Below are positions 10,109 through 19,820 of a stretch of DNA of 64,000 nt, one piece after another. The notes beneath the pieces were generated by a model. That model saw only the letters and a list, made by a program, of their open reading frames with translations. It was not told the origin of the DNA and made no database searches. A program made the position numbers and the translations under genes. Position 1 is the first letter of the stretch. Each line of letters begins with the position of its first letter. The DNA lies in assembly GCF_018304765.1 (NCBI RefSeq), contig NZ_CP072642.1, positions 1,515,819-1,579,818 of the forward strand, in the 5' to 3' direction. The DNA comes from Chloracidobacterium sp. N (GTDB lineage Bacteria; Acidobacteriota; Blastocatellia; Chloracidobacteriales; Chloracidobacteriaceae).

Positions 10109-10970
10109 CCGCCGACTCGGACTGGTCTTTGCCGGGGGCGGCAACCGCGCCTTTTACCAGTTGGGCCTGATGCAGGTCTGGCAGGATGTCTGGGCGCAGA
10201 CGGCGGCGGTGGCCATGTGCAGCGCCGGGGCATGTGTCGTCGCCATGCTGCTGAGCGGCCGGGCGGAAGCCACGGCTGACTTCTGGAAACAACGTCGCGC
10301 CCACGTCCGGCGCAACATCAACTGGCTGCATCCACTGGTGGGCAAGCCGCTGACGCCCCACGCGCCCATTTACCGCGACACGCTGGATTTCTGTCTGGCC
10401 GAGGGGGGCTTCGAGCGCCTGCGCGCGCAGCCCTTTCCCCTGCTGGTCCTGACTTCCCGCCTTCCTGCCGGACTCCCGCCCAAGGCGGCGACGCTGGCTG
10501 GGCTGCTGGCGTACAACCTTGAAAAGAAGCTCAAGCCAGGCCTGGTTCATCCCACGTGGGGACAGCGGCTGGGCTTTCGTCCGGCTGTCTTTGACCTGCG
10601 CCGTTGCCCGACGGCCGCCGAGGCGACGGCATTGATTCTGGCGTCCTCGGCGACGCCCCCATTTACGCCGCTCGGCCGGATGGATGGGCAGGTGCTGCTC
10701 GACGGCGGGCTGGTGGACAACATCCCGGCCTTTGTGCTGGATGACCGGCCGGAGGTGGCGCGGCAGGTGGTCCTGATGTCGCGGCCCTACCCGCCACAGG
10801 TTGTCGGCCGCCAGGGCCGCCGGCTCTACATTGCCCCACTGACACCGCCGCCGGTCTCCCGCTGGGACTACACCCGCCCCGACCTGGTTGAGGCCACCAT
10901 TGAGCAGGGCCGCCGGGAAGCCGCCCTGCACCGCGCGGCACTCGATGCCTTTCTCGCTGAACCCGCCTGA
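10101..10970 (+). CDS. Patatin-like phospholipase family protein (atypical nucleophile elbow)
   Basis: N-terminal GGGNRAF oxyanion-hole-like motif and DGG(L) catalytic Asp motif. The expected GxSxG is MCSAG. Start ATG overlaps the pgl stop (ATGCCTGA). Confidence 0.5.
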   Translation: MPDRRLGLVFAGGGNRAFYQLGLMQVWQDVWAQTAAVAMCSAGACVVAMLLSGRAEATADFWKQRRAHVRRNINWLHPLVGKPLTPHAPIYRDTLDFCLAEGGFERLRAQPFPLLVLTSRLPAGLPPKAATLAGLLAYNLEKKLKPGLVHPTWGQRLGFRPAVFDLRRCPTAAEATALILASSATPPFTPLGRMDGQVLLDGGLVDNIPAFVLDDRPEVARQVVLMSRPYPPQVVGRQGRRLYIAPLTPPPVSRWDYTRPDLVEATIEQGRREAALHRAALDAFLAEPA

Positions 10971-11210
10971 AATTTCACCGGACGGTCACGCCCATGACGC
11001 AGACGACCCGGCCACCGGCATTTTGTGTCACCTGATTGAAGCACCGCTGTCGTGGTGCGTCCCCAGACCCGTCAGGCCGCCGGGGTGTTTTATCCCAACC
11101 CGAAAACTGTTAGCTTTCCGGTAACTTTTTGCCCTTCCCCCGCAACCTGGTCTGGCAGGCACAGCCATGGCACAGGGTATGACCATCTCCGGTGAGGTTT
11201 ACAGCACGGC

Positions 11211-11594
11211 ATGAGCCAACTCGACGCCCCGACCATGAAGTTCCGCATGAGCGACACGCTCTTTACGGCGATTCGCGCCGCGCTCGATACCGGCGGGTCA
11301 CGTCCGCTTCTGGTGCTTTACCTGCCCTATGGCATTGTGCGCGGACGCATTTCCCGTACGGTGACCGACACGCTCTCGGCGGCCCGTGACACGCGGCTGG
11401 AAAACGTCAGCCGGGTGCGCATCGAAACGGATGTCATCGAGCTGGACGACTGTGAAATCGAGCACTTCCAGAACCACATGCCTACCGCACACTTTCGCAA
11501 GCTGTACGTCCGCATGGACGCCGTGCAGAGCTTTGCCTTCGATGTCAAACACAACGAAGTCTTCCCCTTTGAACCCGAACCCCTGACGCCATGA
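11211..11594 (+). CDS. Hypothetical protein (127 aa), translationally coupled to downstream JAMM protease
   Basis: ORF with no motif I can recognise. Its stop overlaps the next start (ATGA at 11591). Confidence 0.45.
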   Translation: MSQLDAPTMKFRMSDTLFTAIRAALDTGGSRPLLVLYLPYGIVRGRISRTVTDTLSAARDTRLENVSRVRIETDVIELDDCEIEHFQNHMPTAHFRKLYVRMDAVQSFAFDVKHNEVFPFEPEPLTP

Positions 11595-12373
11595 CGTTCC
11601 GCATCAAATCCGTTCGTGAAGTCGAACCAGCCCACCGCCCGCTGCCCCAGGTGCTGTCCACCATCGGACAGCCGCCACCCACGGGGCTTCAGGTGTTTCT
11701 TTCCCGGCAGGCGGAAGAAAAGATTTTGCTGGCCGCCCCGCTGGAACAACCCAGCGAACGGCTGCCCGACCTGGCGCGCACCTTTCTCGGCGAGAACGAG
11801 TGCGGCGGGCTGCTCATTGGCAATGTCTATCAGGCGGAAGCCGCCGGCTACCGGGTGACGTTCACCGCCATTGTGGACGCCATCCCGGCGCAGGAAGCCC
11901 AGGCCGGGCCAACTTTTGTGGAAATGGGAGCAACGGATTTGCTGGCTGTAACCAACTACCTGCAACGCCTGCGTGAGCACCAACGGAACGTCGCCGAGGC
12001 CGACCTGCGCATTGTGGGCTGGTATCACACCCATCCGGGGTTTGGCGTGTTTATGTCGGGCACAGACCAGGCCACCCAGCGGCAGGTGTTCGGTATGCCG
12101 TGGCAGGTGGCCGTCGTCTATGATCCGCTCAACGGCGAGTACGGCCTGTTTTACGGCAAGGACTCCACCCACCTGCCGGGATGGTACCTGTTCGACGCCC
12201 AGGCCGAAGGCTTCCCTTTCCTGCCGGCCCCGGCAACGGGTCTGGACGGCGTCGCTGCGCCGCGCCTAAGCGGCGACCTCTCACTGCGGCAACGTTTGAT
12301 GACCGAGCTTGAAGCGGTGCGCCAGGGAGTGCGCGCCGCCCTTGCACGGTACCGTGACCCGGAAGCCTCGTGA
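11591..12373 (+). CDS. JAMM/MPN+ family zinc metalloprotease (Mov34/JAB domain)
   Basis: Intact JAMM motif: upstream Glu (ENECGGLLIG) and HTHPGFGVFMSGTD (H-x-H-x7-S-x2-D). Confidence 0.7.
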   Translation: MTFRIKSVREVEPAHRPLPQVLSTIGQPPPTGLQVFLSRQAEEKILLAAPLEQPSERLPDLARTFLGENECGGLLIGNVYQAEAAGYRVTFTAIVDAIPAQEAQAGPTFVEMGATDLLAVTNYLQRLREHQRNVAEADLRIVGWYHTHPGFGVFMSGTDQATQRQVFGMPWQVAVVYDPLNGEYGLFYGKDSTHLPGWYLFDAQAEGFPFLPAPATGLDGVAAPRLSGDLSLRQRLMTELEAVRQGVRAALARYRDPEAS

Positions 12374-12416
12374 AGGCTCCCGGTGGGCAACCAACCTCCC
12401 CTGTGGTCAGCAACCG

Positions 12417-13634
12417 ATGTGGATTGATACCGACCGTGCCTTTCAGGAATTTTGCCAGCAGGCGTACACGCAGACAGAACTGGCCATTGATCTGGAGTTT
12501 CAGGGCGAAGGCCGCTACACCCCTCTTCTGTGTCTGGTGCAGTTGGGACTGCGTGACCGGTGTGTGGCCGTTGACCCCTTCCGCGTCAACCTCACCCCCC
12601 TTGCCCCGCTGCTGACCCATCCCGGCATTCGGAAGATTGTCCATGCCGGAGGACAGGACATCGTTCTCCTGCGGCGGGAAACCGAAGCCATTCCGGTCAG
12701 TGTTTTCGACACCCAGATTGCCGCCGCGTTTCTCGGATACGGCGAAGCCACCGGCTATGCCGCCCTGGCGCAACGTTTTGCCAGGGTTTCGCTCAGCAAA
12801 AGGCAACAGCTTACGGACTGGACGCGCCGCCCGCTGCTGCCGGAGCAGATCGAGTATGCCCTCAACGACGTGCGCTACCTGTTTCCGGTTTACGACGGTC
12901 TGCTCGAACAGCTTGCGCAGCACGGACGGACAGACTGGGTGCTGGACGCCTGTGCCGATGCCGTGGCGCAGGCCGTCAGGGTCCGTGAAACGGGACAGGA
13001 ATACCTCAAAATCGGCAAGCTGGGCTCCCTGAGCCGCCGTGAACTGGCGGTATTGCGGGAGTTGTGCCAGTGGCGCGAAGCCACGGCGCGCAGTCGCAAC
13101 CGCCCGGTGGGAACCATCCTGCACGATGATGTGCTGCGGCAGATTGCCTATACGCTACCCCGGACGGAGTCCGCCCTGCGGCAGATGCGTGGGACGAACA
13201 ATCTCTCGCGGGAACTGGTGACGGAAATCCTGGAGACCATCCAGCAGGCGCTGGCGCTGCCGGAAAGTGAGTGGCCGGAGCCGGTCACTGTTCGCGAGTA
13301 TGATCCCACGCTGGACGGTCTGGCGACCCTGCTGGGGGCCATTGTCCGGCTACGCGCCGGAATGCTCGACATGGCCGCCAACCTCCTGGCCACCCGCGAC
13401 GACCTGCTCCGCTTCGCCGGCTGGGTCCTGCGCGAGCGCCCAGCGGCGGAAGCCGGGCAGCTTGCCGTCCTGCAGGGCTGGCGGCGGGCTGTCATTGGCG
13501 AGCTTCTGCTCGACCTCGTGGCCGGCAAATCCCTGCTCCAGATTGCCCCGGAAGCGCCGGGCGCGCTGCGGATCATCCCGCCAGCGCCCTCCGCTTCCGC
13601 CGACGGGCAGCCGGACCCCGGTGATACGGCGTGA
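12417..13634 (+). CDS. rnd: Ribonuclease D (DEDDy 3'-5' exonuclease + HRDC)
   Basis: Exo motifs LAIDLEF, KIVHAGGQDIVLL, FDTQIAAAFLGY. Start placed at the MWIDTD methionine; the ORF from 12309 gives an implausible N-extension. Confidence 0.8.
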   Translation: MWIDTDRAFQEFCQQAYTQTELAIDLEFQGEGRYTPLLCLVQLGLRDRCVAVDPFRVNLTPLAPLLTHPGIRKIVHAGGQDIVLLRRETEAIPVSVFDTQIAAAFLGYGEATGYAALAQRFARVSLSKRQQLTDWTRRPLLPEQIEYALNDVRYLFPVYDGLLEQLAQHGRTDWVLDACADAVAQAVRVRETGQEYLKIGKLGSLSRRELAVLRELCQWREATARSRNRPVGTILHDDVLRQIAYTLPRTESALRQMRGTNNLSRELVTEILETIQQALALPESEWPEPVTVREYDPTLDGLATLLGAIVRLRAGMLDMAANLLATRDDLLRFAGWVLRERPAAEAGQLAVLQGWRRAVIGELLLDLVAGKSLLQIAPEAPGALRIIPPAPSASADGQPDPGDTA

Positions 13635-13645
13635 CGCAATGTGGC

Positions 13646-13674
13646 TTGACAGTGCGGTTTATGCCGCTTTATTT
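13646..13674 (+). promoter_or_regulatory. Sigma-70-like promoter for tRNA-Ala (TTGACA -17 nt- TTATTT)
   Basis: Consensus -35 hexamer and AT-rich -10 about 30 nt upstream of the tRNA 5' end. Confidence 0.35.
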
Positions 13675-13704
13675 TCGCGGCCTGCACCAGTCGGCGTACA
13701 GCAT

Positions 13705-13777
13705 GGGGATGTAGCTCAGTTGGTAGAGCGCTGCGTTCGCAATGCAGAGGCCAGGGGTTCGACCCCCCTCATCTCCA
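13705..13777 (+). tRNA. tRNA-Ala (anticodon CGC)
   Basis: Hand-folded cloverleaf: acceptor GGGGATG/CATCTCC with the G3:U70 Ala identity pair, D-arm GCTC-AGTTGGTA-GAGC, anticodon loop TTCGCAA, T-arm AGGGG-TTCGACC-CCCCT, discriminator A. CCA is not encoded. Confidence 0.85.
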
Positions 13778-14076
13778 TTTCCCTTCCAAAAGATTCCGCA
13801 AAGCGGGGTGTCCGAGTCATTCGGGTGCGCCACAGCCCCGGCCACCGGCCTTCAGCTTACACCTTGCGGCAACGGCTTCAGCTACGGCCGCATTGTTGCC
13901 GGAAAACACACGGCGGCGTAGTGTTTCGCGCAGAACCGGATGCCCTCGCTGAGCCAGCCTTTGTGAAGCCTTTGTGGAAGAGTGAAATTCAAGTGAAACC
14001 TGCCGGGTAAGCCCTGCGTAAGGGGCTGCAATTCTGACTGTCCACGGCTCGCCGTTTCTGGAATACCATTGCGACC

Positions 14077-15825
14077 ATGTCACTGCGCAACGTTCTTTGC
14101 CTCGTCTTTACCCTGCTCTCGTCTGGACTTGCCACCCTGTCGGCACCGGCCCAGAACCCGGTGACGGATACGCCACCGGTGGGTGCCGTCGCAGGTGTCG
14201 TCGCCCAGCAGCCCACACCATCAGCCACACCACCGGGCGGGCAGGCGCCACCGTCACTTCCCGTTGCCGACCAACGCACCAAACGGGCGCTGGACGAACT
14301 GCCGACCACCCGGATTGGGATCACCCCCGGACGCATCCTGCGCCTCCCCCTGCGGGAAGCCATCCTCATGGCGCTGCGCAACAATCAGGACATCGAAGTT
14401 GAACGGGCCAACGTGCAGATTGCCCAGCAGAACGCGCGTGGCGCGTATGGCAGCTACGATCCCATTCTCCAGGCCGCCGTACAGTTTCAGTCCTCCACCT
14501 CGCCGACGGCGCAGACCTTCATCGGCGCGGAAGGTGGGGCCTTCAAGCGCAAGCAGCTCCAGTTCACGCCCACCCTGGTGCAGAGCCTGCCGACCGGTGG
14601 CAACTACTCGATTACCTTCACCAACGGACGTGAAACGAACAACGCCGGTTCCGCCGGGTTGAGTCCGCAGTACTTCTCGACGCTTGACTTCCGCTTTACC
14701 CAACCGCTGTTTCGGAACTTCCGGTCGAGCGTCAACGAGCGGCAGGTGAAGGTGAGCCGCAAGCAGTTGACCATCAGCGACGCCCAGTTCCGGCAGCGCG
14801 TCCTGACGACCATCGCCGCGGTCCAGTCGGCGTACTGGGACCTGGTCTTCGCCATCCGCAACCTGAACATCCAGCGGGACGCCGTTGAACTGGCGGACAT
14901 CTCGCTGGCCGTCACCCGCCGCCAGGTGGAAGTCGGCACGAGCGCGCCCATCAACGTCGTCGAGAATGAATCCGAACTTGAAAACCGCAAGAACGCTGCC
15001 ATCACGGCGCTGCAGCAAATCACCACGGCCGAAAACCAGCTCAAGCAGCTCATTCTGGGCGATCCCCAGGCTGACGAATGGCAGGCGGCCATTGAACCGA
15101 CCGATGACGTGGATTTCACCCCGGTTGAACTCGATGTGCAGCAGGCGCTCGCCAGCGCCATCCGCAACCGCCCGGAACTCGAACAAATCCGCCTGCAGCA
15201 GGAACTCAACGACATCGAGCGGCTGTTTGCCGAAAATCAGCGCAAACCCCAGGTGGATGTGTTTACCGCGCTGACGCTCAGCGGTCTGGCAGGTACATCC
15301 CGCCTCGAATCTATCCCCGGCGCGCCAGTGTTCATCAATCCACGCTTCATCGGCAGCTACGGCACCGCGCTCAACAACCTTTTCTCCTTCGACTTTCCGA
15401 CCTACACCGTGGGCGCAAACATTTCCTTCACCTTCCGCAACCGGACGGCCAATGCGGTTGTGGGTCGGACGCTGGCCACGGGACGCCAGCTCAAAGCCCA
15501 GGAACGCAACCTTCAGCAGAGCATTCAGGTCGAAGTGCGCAACGGCTTGCAGGCGGTTGCCTCGGCCCGCCAGCGCGTGGAAGCCACCCGCGCGGCGCGG
15601 ATTGCGGCTGAAACCCAACTGCGCGGTGAACAGCAGCGGTATGCCGCCGGACTCTCCACGACCTTTCTCATTCTCGACCGCCAGAACCGTCTCTCCATCG
15701 CCCGTGGCAACGAAATCCAGGCGCTGACCGACTACAACAAAGCCGTGGCCCAACTCCAACGGACGCTGGGCACGTCGCTGACCGCCAATGGCATCGAGAT
15801 TGCCCAGCCGGACCAGAACCCATAA
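14077..15825 (+). CDS. TolC-family outer-membrane efflux protein
   Basis: N-terminal signal peptide and two tandem OEP-type coiled-coil/beta-barrel repeats; 582 aa. Confidence 0.75.
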   Translation: MSLRNVLCLVFTLLSSGLATLSAPAQNPVTDTPPVGAVAGVVAQQPTPSATPPGGQAPPSLPVADQRTKRALDELPTTRIGITPGRILRLPLREAILMALRNNQDIEVERANVQIAQQNARGAYGSYDPILQAAVQFQSSTSPTAQTFIGAEGGAFKRKQLQFTPTLVQSLPTGGNYSITFTNGRETNNAGSAGLSPQYFSTLDFRFTQPLFRNFRSSVNERQVKVSRKQLTISDAQFRQRVLTTIAAVQSAYWDLVFAIRNLNIQRDAVELADISLAVTRRQVEVGTSAPINVVENESELENRKNAAITALQQITTAENQLKQLILGDPQADEWQAAIEPTDDVDFTPVELDVQQALASAIRNRPELEQIRLQQELNDIERLFAENQRKPQVDVFTALTLSGLAGTSRLESIPGAPVFINPRFIGSYGTALNNLFSFDFPTYTVGANISFTFRNRTANAVVGRTLATGRQLKAQERNLQQSIQVEVRNGLQAVASARQRVEATRAARIAAETQLRGEQQRYAAGLSTTFLILDRQNRLSIARGNEIQALTDYNKAVAQLQRTLGTSLTANGIEIAQPDQNP

Positions 15826-16498
15826 AGACGCCGCTCCGGCCAGCCCCACAGGCTGGCCGGAGCGGTTCACGGTCCGCTGGCTGGCGCAGGTGGACTCGAC
15901 CAATACGGCGCTCAAGGCGCTGGCCCAGGCCGGGGCGCCCGATGGTTTCTGCCTCGGCGCGGATGAACAAACGGCCGGCCGGGGGCAGTACGGGCGCACC
16001 TGGCATTCGCCGGCCGGAGAGGGGCTCTATGTCTCCCTTCTGTTCCGTCCGCCGTGTCTGACTTCCGACCAGATGCATCACGTCACCACCTTTGCCGGGC
16101 TGATGGTTCATGACACGCTGGCGCGGTTCGTGGGCACGCCGGCGCGCCTGGCCGTCAAAGAACCCAACGATGTCTTCCTCGATGGACGCAAGGTGGCCGG
16201 CATTCTGGTTGAAGCCGACTGGCACGGCGCGGCACTCCGCTTCGTGATTGTCGGCATCGGCGTCAACATCGGGCAGGTTTCGTTCCCGGAAGGGCTGCGG
16301 CAGCCGGCCACATCCCTGCGCCTGGCGCTTGGCGAAGCTGCGCCGCCGCGCGCGGCCGTCCTTGACGCACTCCTCAATGCCTTTCAGGACCACTGGGACG
16401 CCTTTCTGGCCGACCCGGCCGGCGTTGTTGCCGTGCGGCGGCAGGACATCTGTTTTCTCCCAGGCACTTTTCATGACCGGCAGGAACGTCCATACTAG
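15788..16498 (+). CDS. birA: Biotin--protein ligase (BirA catalytic domain, no N-terminal HTH)
   Basis: GRGQYGRTWHSPAGEGLYVSLL and KVAGILVEAD motifs. Start uncertain; the N-terminal 38 nt would overlap the TolC gene. Confidence 0.7.
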   Translation: MASRLPSRTRTHKDAAPASPTGWPERFTVRWLAQVDSTNTALKALAQAGAPDGFCLGADEQTAGRGQYGRTWHSPAGEGLYVSLLFRPPCLTSDQMHHVTTFAGLMVHDTLARFVGTPARLAVKEPNDVFLDGRKVAGILVEADWHGAALRFVIVGIGVNIGQVSFPEGLRQPATSLRLALGEAAPPRAAVLDALLNAFQDHWDAFLADPAGVVAVRRQDICFLPGTFHDRQERPY

Positions 16499-16533
16499 CG
16501 TCAGCCCACGATCCTGTTCCGGGAGTAAACTTC

Positions 16534-17466
16534 ATGCGCCATCCTGATGACTTTCCAGCCCGCCGTTCGTTTTCGTCAGGGCGGGCCGTCGCCATTCCGG
16601 TTGAACAAAACCGCAACTCCTCTCTTCTGTGGCTCATTCTGGCGACGGTGGCGACCCTGCTGCTGATGGCGGTGCCGTTTGCTTCCGTCGTGACGTTCCC
16701 GATTCGGATGTTCGTCACCTTCATCCATGAAGGCGGTCATGCCCTGGCGGCCCTGCTCAGCGGGTTCTATGTCATCCGTATGACGATTCACTGGGACGGG
16801 AGCGGGCTGACCCTGACCTCCGGGCAGAATGTGTTTGTGGCCAGTGCCGGCTACCTAGGCACGATGCTGTTTGGCGTTTTCCTTCTGCATCAGGCGCAGC
16901 GCCGTGGCCGCACCAGCCTGTTGCTGGTCGGGTCCGGCATTCTGGTATTGCTGCTCACGATTCTGTTCGTGAACGGTCAGGCTTCGTGGCTCATGGTGCT
17001 GCCGCTGGCGCTGGCCGCAACACTGCTGCTGGGGGGCTTGCGGATGAACCTCCCGATGCCGGCCCGGTGGGGCATGCTTGGTGCCGGCGGGCTGCTGGTG
17101 CTGTTGCTGGCCGTGGTCTGCGTCATGACCGGGACACTCTACAGTTGGGTGGCCGGACTCAGCATAGGTATCAGCCTGATTGCCCTGGGCGTCTTCACCA
17201 AACCGAACTGGGGACAGTTCATCGTCAATTTCCTGGCTGTGCAGTGTTGTCTGGATGCCCTGTCGGACCTCAAAACGCTGTTCTTCATCTCGACCCTGAC
17301 GGGTATCCAGAGCGATGCCGCCAATATGGCCCGGATGACCGGCGTTCCGGCTTCCATCTGGGCTTTCCTGTGGCTGGCTTCCGGCGTCCTGCTGCTCGGT
17401 GTGACGCTGTGGCTGATTTTCCAGCGCCCGTCCCGTAAGGGCGCGGCTGCCCCCTCCGCACGCTAG
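16534..17466 (+). CDS. Polytopic membrane protein with HEGGH motif (peptidase M50B-like)
   Basis: HExxH (FIHEGGHALAAL) embedded in a predicted TM helix, multiple hydrophobic helices. Confidence 0.5.
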   Translation: MRHPDDFPARRSFSSGRAVAIPVEQNRNSSLLWLILATVATLLLMAVPFASVVTFPIRMFVTFIHEGGHALAALLSGFYVIRMTIHWDGSGLTLTSGQNVFVASAGYLGTMLFGVFLLHQAQRRGRTSLLLVGSGILVLLLTILFVNGQASWLMVLPLALAATLLLGGLRMNLPMPARWGMLGAGGLLVLLLAVVCVMTGTLYSWVAGLSIGISLIALGVFTKPNWGQFIVNFLAVQCCLDALSDLKTLFFISTLTGIQSDAANMARMTGVPASIWAFLWLASGVLLLGVTLWLIFQRPSRKGAAAPSAR

Positions 17467-17478
17467 CCAGCAAACGGC

Positions 17479-19176
17479 TCACACGATGCGCGGCAACGTT
17501 TCACGCGGCATCGCCCGAACCGTCCGACTCTCACGCACAAGCACCTGCCCCGGCGCGCCCTTGCGGGGGCGCGTCAGATGCCGCCGTTCCGCCACCCGTA
17601 CGTCCACCCAGTCGTCCTGTTTGGCCTGCGAGAAATAGGCCGCCAACTCCGCCGCCGCCAGAATGACCGCCGGTGGAACCGCCTGCCGCTGCGGATTGCG
17701 GATGACGACATGCGCGCCGGGGTAATCGGCGGCGTGAAGCCACAGGTCATGCGGACGCGCCAGCTCGAAGGTGAGCCGGTCATTGTCGCGGGCAGTACGT
17801 CCGACGACGATTTCGTACCCTTCGGGTCCCCGGTAGCGGCGCAGCCCGGACAGGTCAGCCTTTTCACGGCGCACCCCGTTTGCCGGCGGTGACGTGCGTG
17901 GCTGCAAATCAAAGGGCACCCGGTCACGCAAAACCTGCACACAGTCCGCCAGCGCCGCTTCGTCCGTGGCCCCGACCAGTTCCCGTTCACAGTCCAGTGC
18001 TGCCGACAGTTCGGCCTCCAGCGCGGCCCGCCGTTCGGCGTTGGCGACGAGTGTGCGTTGCGCCCGCTGGTAGCGCCGGAAGTACCGCTGGGCCGCCGCG
18101 GCGATGTCTTCGGTGGGGGATTCAAGCGGGATCACCAGGGCCGACGGCGGCTCGGCATAGTAATCCACAACCTCCACACCCCCGGCCGTGCGCCTGGCCG
18201 TAGCAAGATTGGCGTACAGCAACTCACCCCACCGCCGGTACTGTTCCGCTTCCCCGGCCTGTGTATCGGCCACATCCAGTTTGTGCCGGGCCCGCTCAAG
18301 GCGTTTGCGCCAGGTGGTGATGGCGTGCTGCCACTGCCGGCGTAGGGACGCCTGTGCGGCGCGGTGTTCCCGTCGGGCATAGAGCGCCGCCACGGCCTCG
18401 TGCGCCGAAGCAAAGGTGGTCACGGGCAGCCCGGCTTCGTGGGTCAACGGAAGCAGAAACACCTCCGGGCCTTCCGGCAACTCATAGAGATAAAACGCCC
18501 GTGGATGGCACAGCTCCCGGTGGACGCGCTCGAAAGCCTCCCAGGGCGTGCCCGTCCGGGCTCGAAAGACCACTTCCTGCACCAGGCGCCGATGACAGCC
18601 GCGCAGGGTGTTTGACAGGAAAGCTTCCAGCTCGGCGGGCGTCTGCGGCCGATGTTCCGGGGGCATGGCTGACCCGTCGGGGGTGGGACTGGCCGTGGGC
18701 GGCAGGTGGTACGGCGCATCGGGAAGGCCCTGCCACGGACGCAGCGCCTCGACCACGCGCTCTTCGGCCGTCAGCAGCCACAGGTTGGCGTAGCGTCCGG
18801 CCAGGTCATGGCGGAGATGCCAGCGGGTGGGCTGCTCGGCTTCATCAAAACCGGCAAAGGTCAGCGTCACCGAACGCTCGGCCGGGACTTTGACAACGCC
18901 GACGAGCCGCGCGCCACGCAGCGCCTTCCGCAGCCGTGCGACGAAAGGCGGCTCGCCAGACATGTCAGCTTCCTGGGGATGGCGGTGCGTCAGGTAGAAG
19001 CGGCTGTCGTGCGGACGCGCCGCCAGCACCAGCCAGCGCCCATCCCGGCGGCGCAGGTCGAGTGCCACGGCATCGCGCCCGATGGCAGACACCTTGCCGA
19101 CCGGAAGCCCGGCATCCAGACGGTCAAGTGAGTCCTGCAACTCACGCACGAGCGCTGCCAGGAAAAAGCCATCCAT
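17479..19176 (-). CDS. rqcH: RqcH/FbpA-like NFACT-domain protein (ribosome quality control)
   Basis: NFACT-N-like N-terminus (MDGFFLAALVRELQD...) and C-terminal DUF814/NFACT-R motif LWLHAADYPGAHVVI. Confidence 0.7.
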   Translation of the reverse strand: MDGFFLAALVRELQDSLDRLDAGLPVGKVSAIGRDAVALDLRRRDGRWLVLAARPHDSRFYLTHRHPQEADMSGEPPFVARLRKALRGARLVGVVKVPAERSVTLTFAGFDEAEQPTRWHLRHDLAGRYANLWLLTAEERVVEALRPWQGLPDAPYHLPPTASPTPDGSAMPPEHRPQTPAELEAFLSNTLRGCHRRLVQEVVFRARTGTPWEAFERVHRELCHPRAFYLYELPEGPEVFLLPLTHEAGLPVTTFASAHEAVAALYARREHRAAQASLRRQWQHAITTWRKRLERARHKLDVADTQAGEAEQYRRWGELLYANLATARRTAGGVEVVDYYAEPPSALVIPLESPTEDIAAAAQRYFRRYQRAQRTLVANAERRAALEAELSAALDCERELVGATDEAALADCVQVLRDRVPFDLQPRTSPPANGVRREKADLSGLRRYRGPEGYEIVVGRTARDNDRLTFELARPHDLWLHAADYPGAHVVIRNPQRQAVPPAVILAAAELAAYFSQAKQDDWVDVRVAERRHLTRPRKGAPGQVLVRESRTVRAMPRETLPRIV

Positions 19177-19230
19177 GACGTATTCAGAAAACGGCGCATC
19201 AGGAAACGCCGGTTCAGCCGGCCTCGAACC

Positions 19231-19728
19231 TTAGTTCGAGCGGTAGTTGGTAAACTGCATGTCAATCCCGAAATCGTGGGCGCGCAGCCGGGCGATGACT
19301 TCCTGCAACACATCCCGGTCCTTACCGCTGACACGCACCATGTCGCCGTTGATGGCGGCCTGGACCTTGGCTTTCGTGTCCTTGATGAACTTGACGATTT
19401 CGCGGGCTTTTTCCGTTGGAATGCCCTGTTGCAGGGTCACACGCTGCCGGACGGTTCCACCGGCCGCCGGCTCGATCTTTCCATAGCTCAGCGCCTTGAG
19501 GGGCACATTCCGCTTGATGAGCTTGGATTCGAGAATGTCTACGACACTTTTGAGCTTGTATTCGTCGTCCGACACCAGAACGATGTCGCGGCCTTCGAGT
19601 TCAATCTGGCTTTGACTGCCTTTGAAGTCGAAGCGCTGACCGATTTCCTTCATAGCCTGGTTGATGGCATTGGTGACTTCTGCCAGATCAACCTGTGAAA
19701 CGATGTCGAATGAGTTGTCCTTTGCCAT
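19231..19728 (-). CDS. yajQ: YajQ-family (UPF0234) nucleotide/c-di-GMP-binding protein
   Basis: 165-aa protein starting [15 protein letters not shown]..., the characteristic YajQ N-terminus. Confidence 0.8.
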   Translation of the reverse strand: MAKDNSFDIVSQVDLAEVTNAINQAMKEIGQRFDFKGSQSQIELEGRDIVLVSDDEYKLKSVVDILESKLIKRNVPLKALSYGKIEPAAGGTVRQRVTLQQGIPTEKAREIVKFIKDTKAKVQAAINGDMVRVSGKDRDVLQEVIARLRAHDFGIDMQFTNYRSN

Positions 19729-19820
19729 AGGTCATCACTGGGGCTTGGCACGCAGCCAGGAATGGTTTGCCACCCGGTAGTGTTCGTCCATAGCCGGGGT
19801 GACGGTGCAGGACAGCGGGC

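Noticed and set aside
12129-13124. 331-aa minus-strand ORF overlapping rnd
   Set aside because: rnd carries DEDDy exonuclease motifs on the plus strand.
13778-14076. Integrated element at tRNA-Ala 3' end
   Set aside because: No integrase, no direct repeat of the tRNA 3' end, and the next gene is a housekeeping-type TolC-like protein. The 299 nt appear to be ordinary promoter/leader sequence.
14254-15999. 581-aa ORF antisense to the TolC-like gene
   Set aside because: TolC-like gene has a signal peptide and repeat structure; the antisense frame is Gly/Arg-rich.
15668-16474. 268-aa minus-strand ORF overlapping the BirA-like gene
   Set aside because: The plus strand has the GRGxxGRxW and KxAGIL biotin-ligase motifs.
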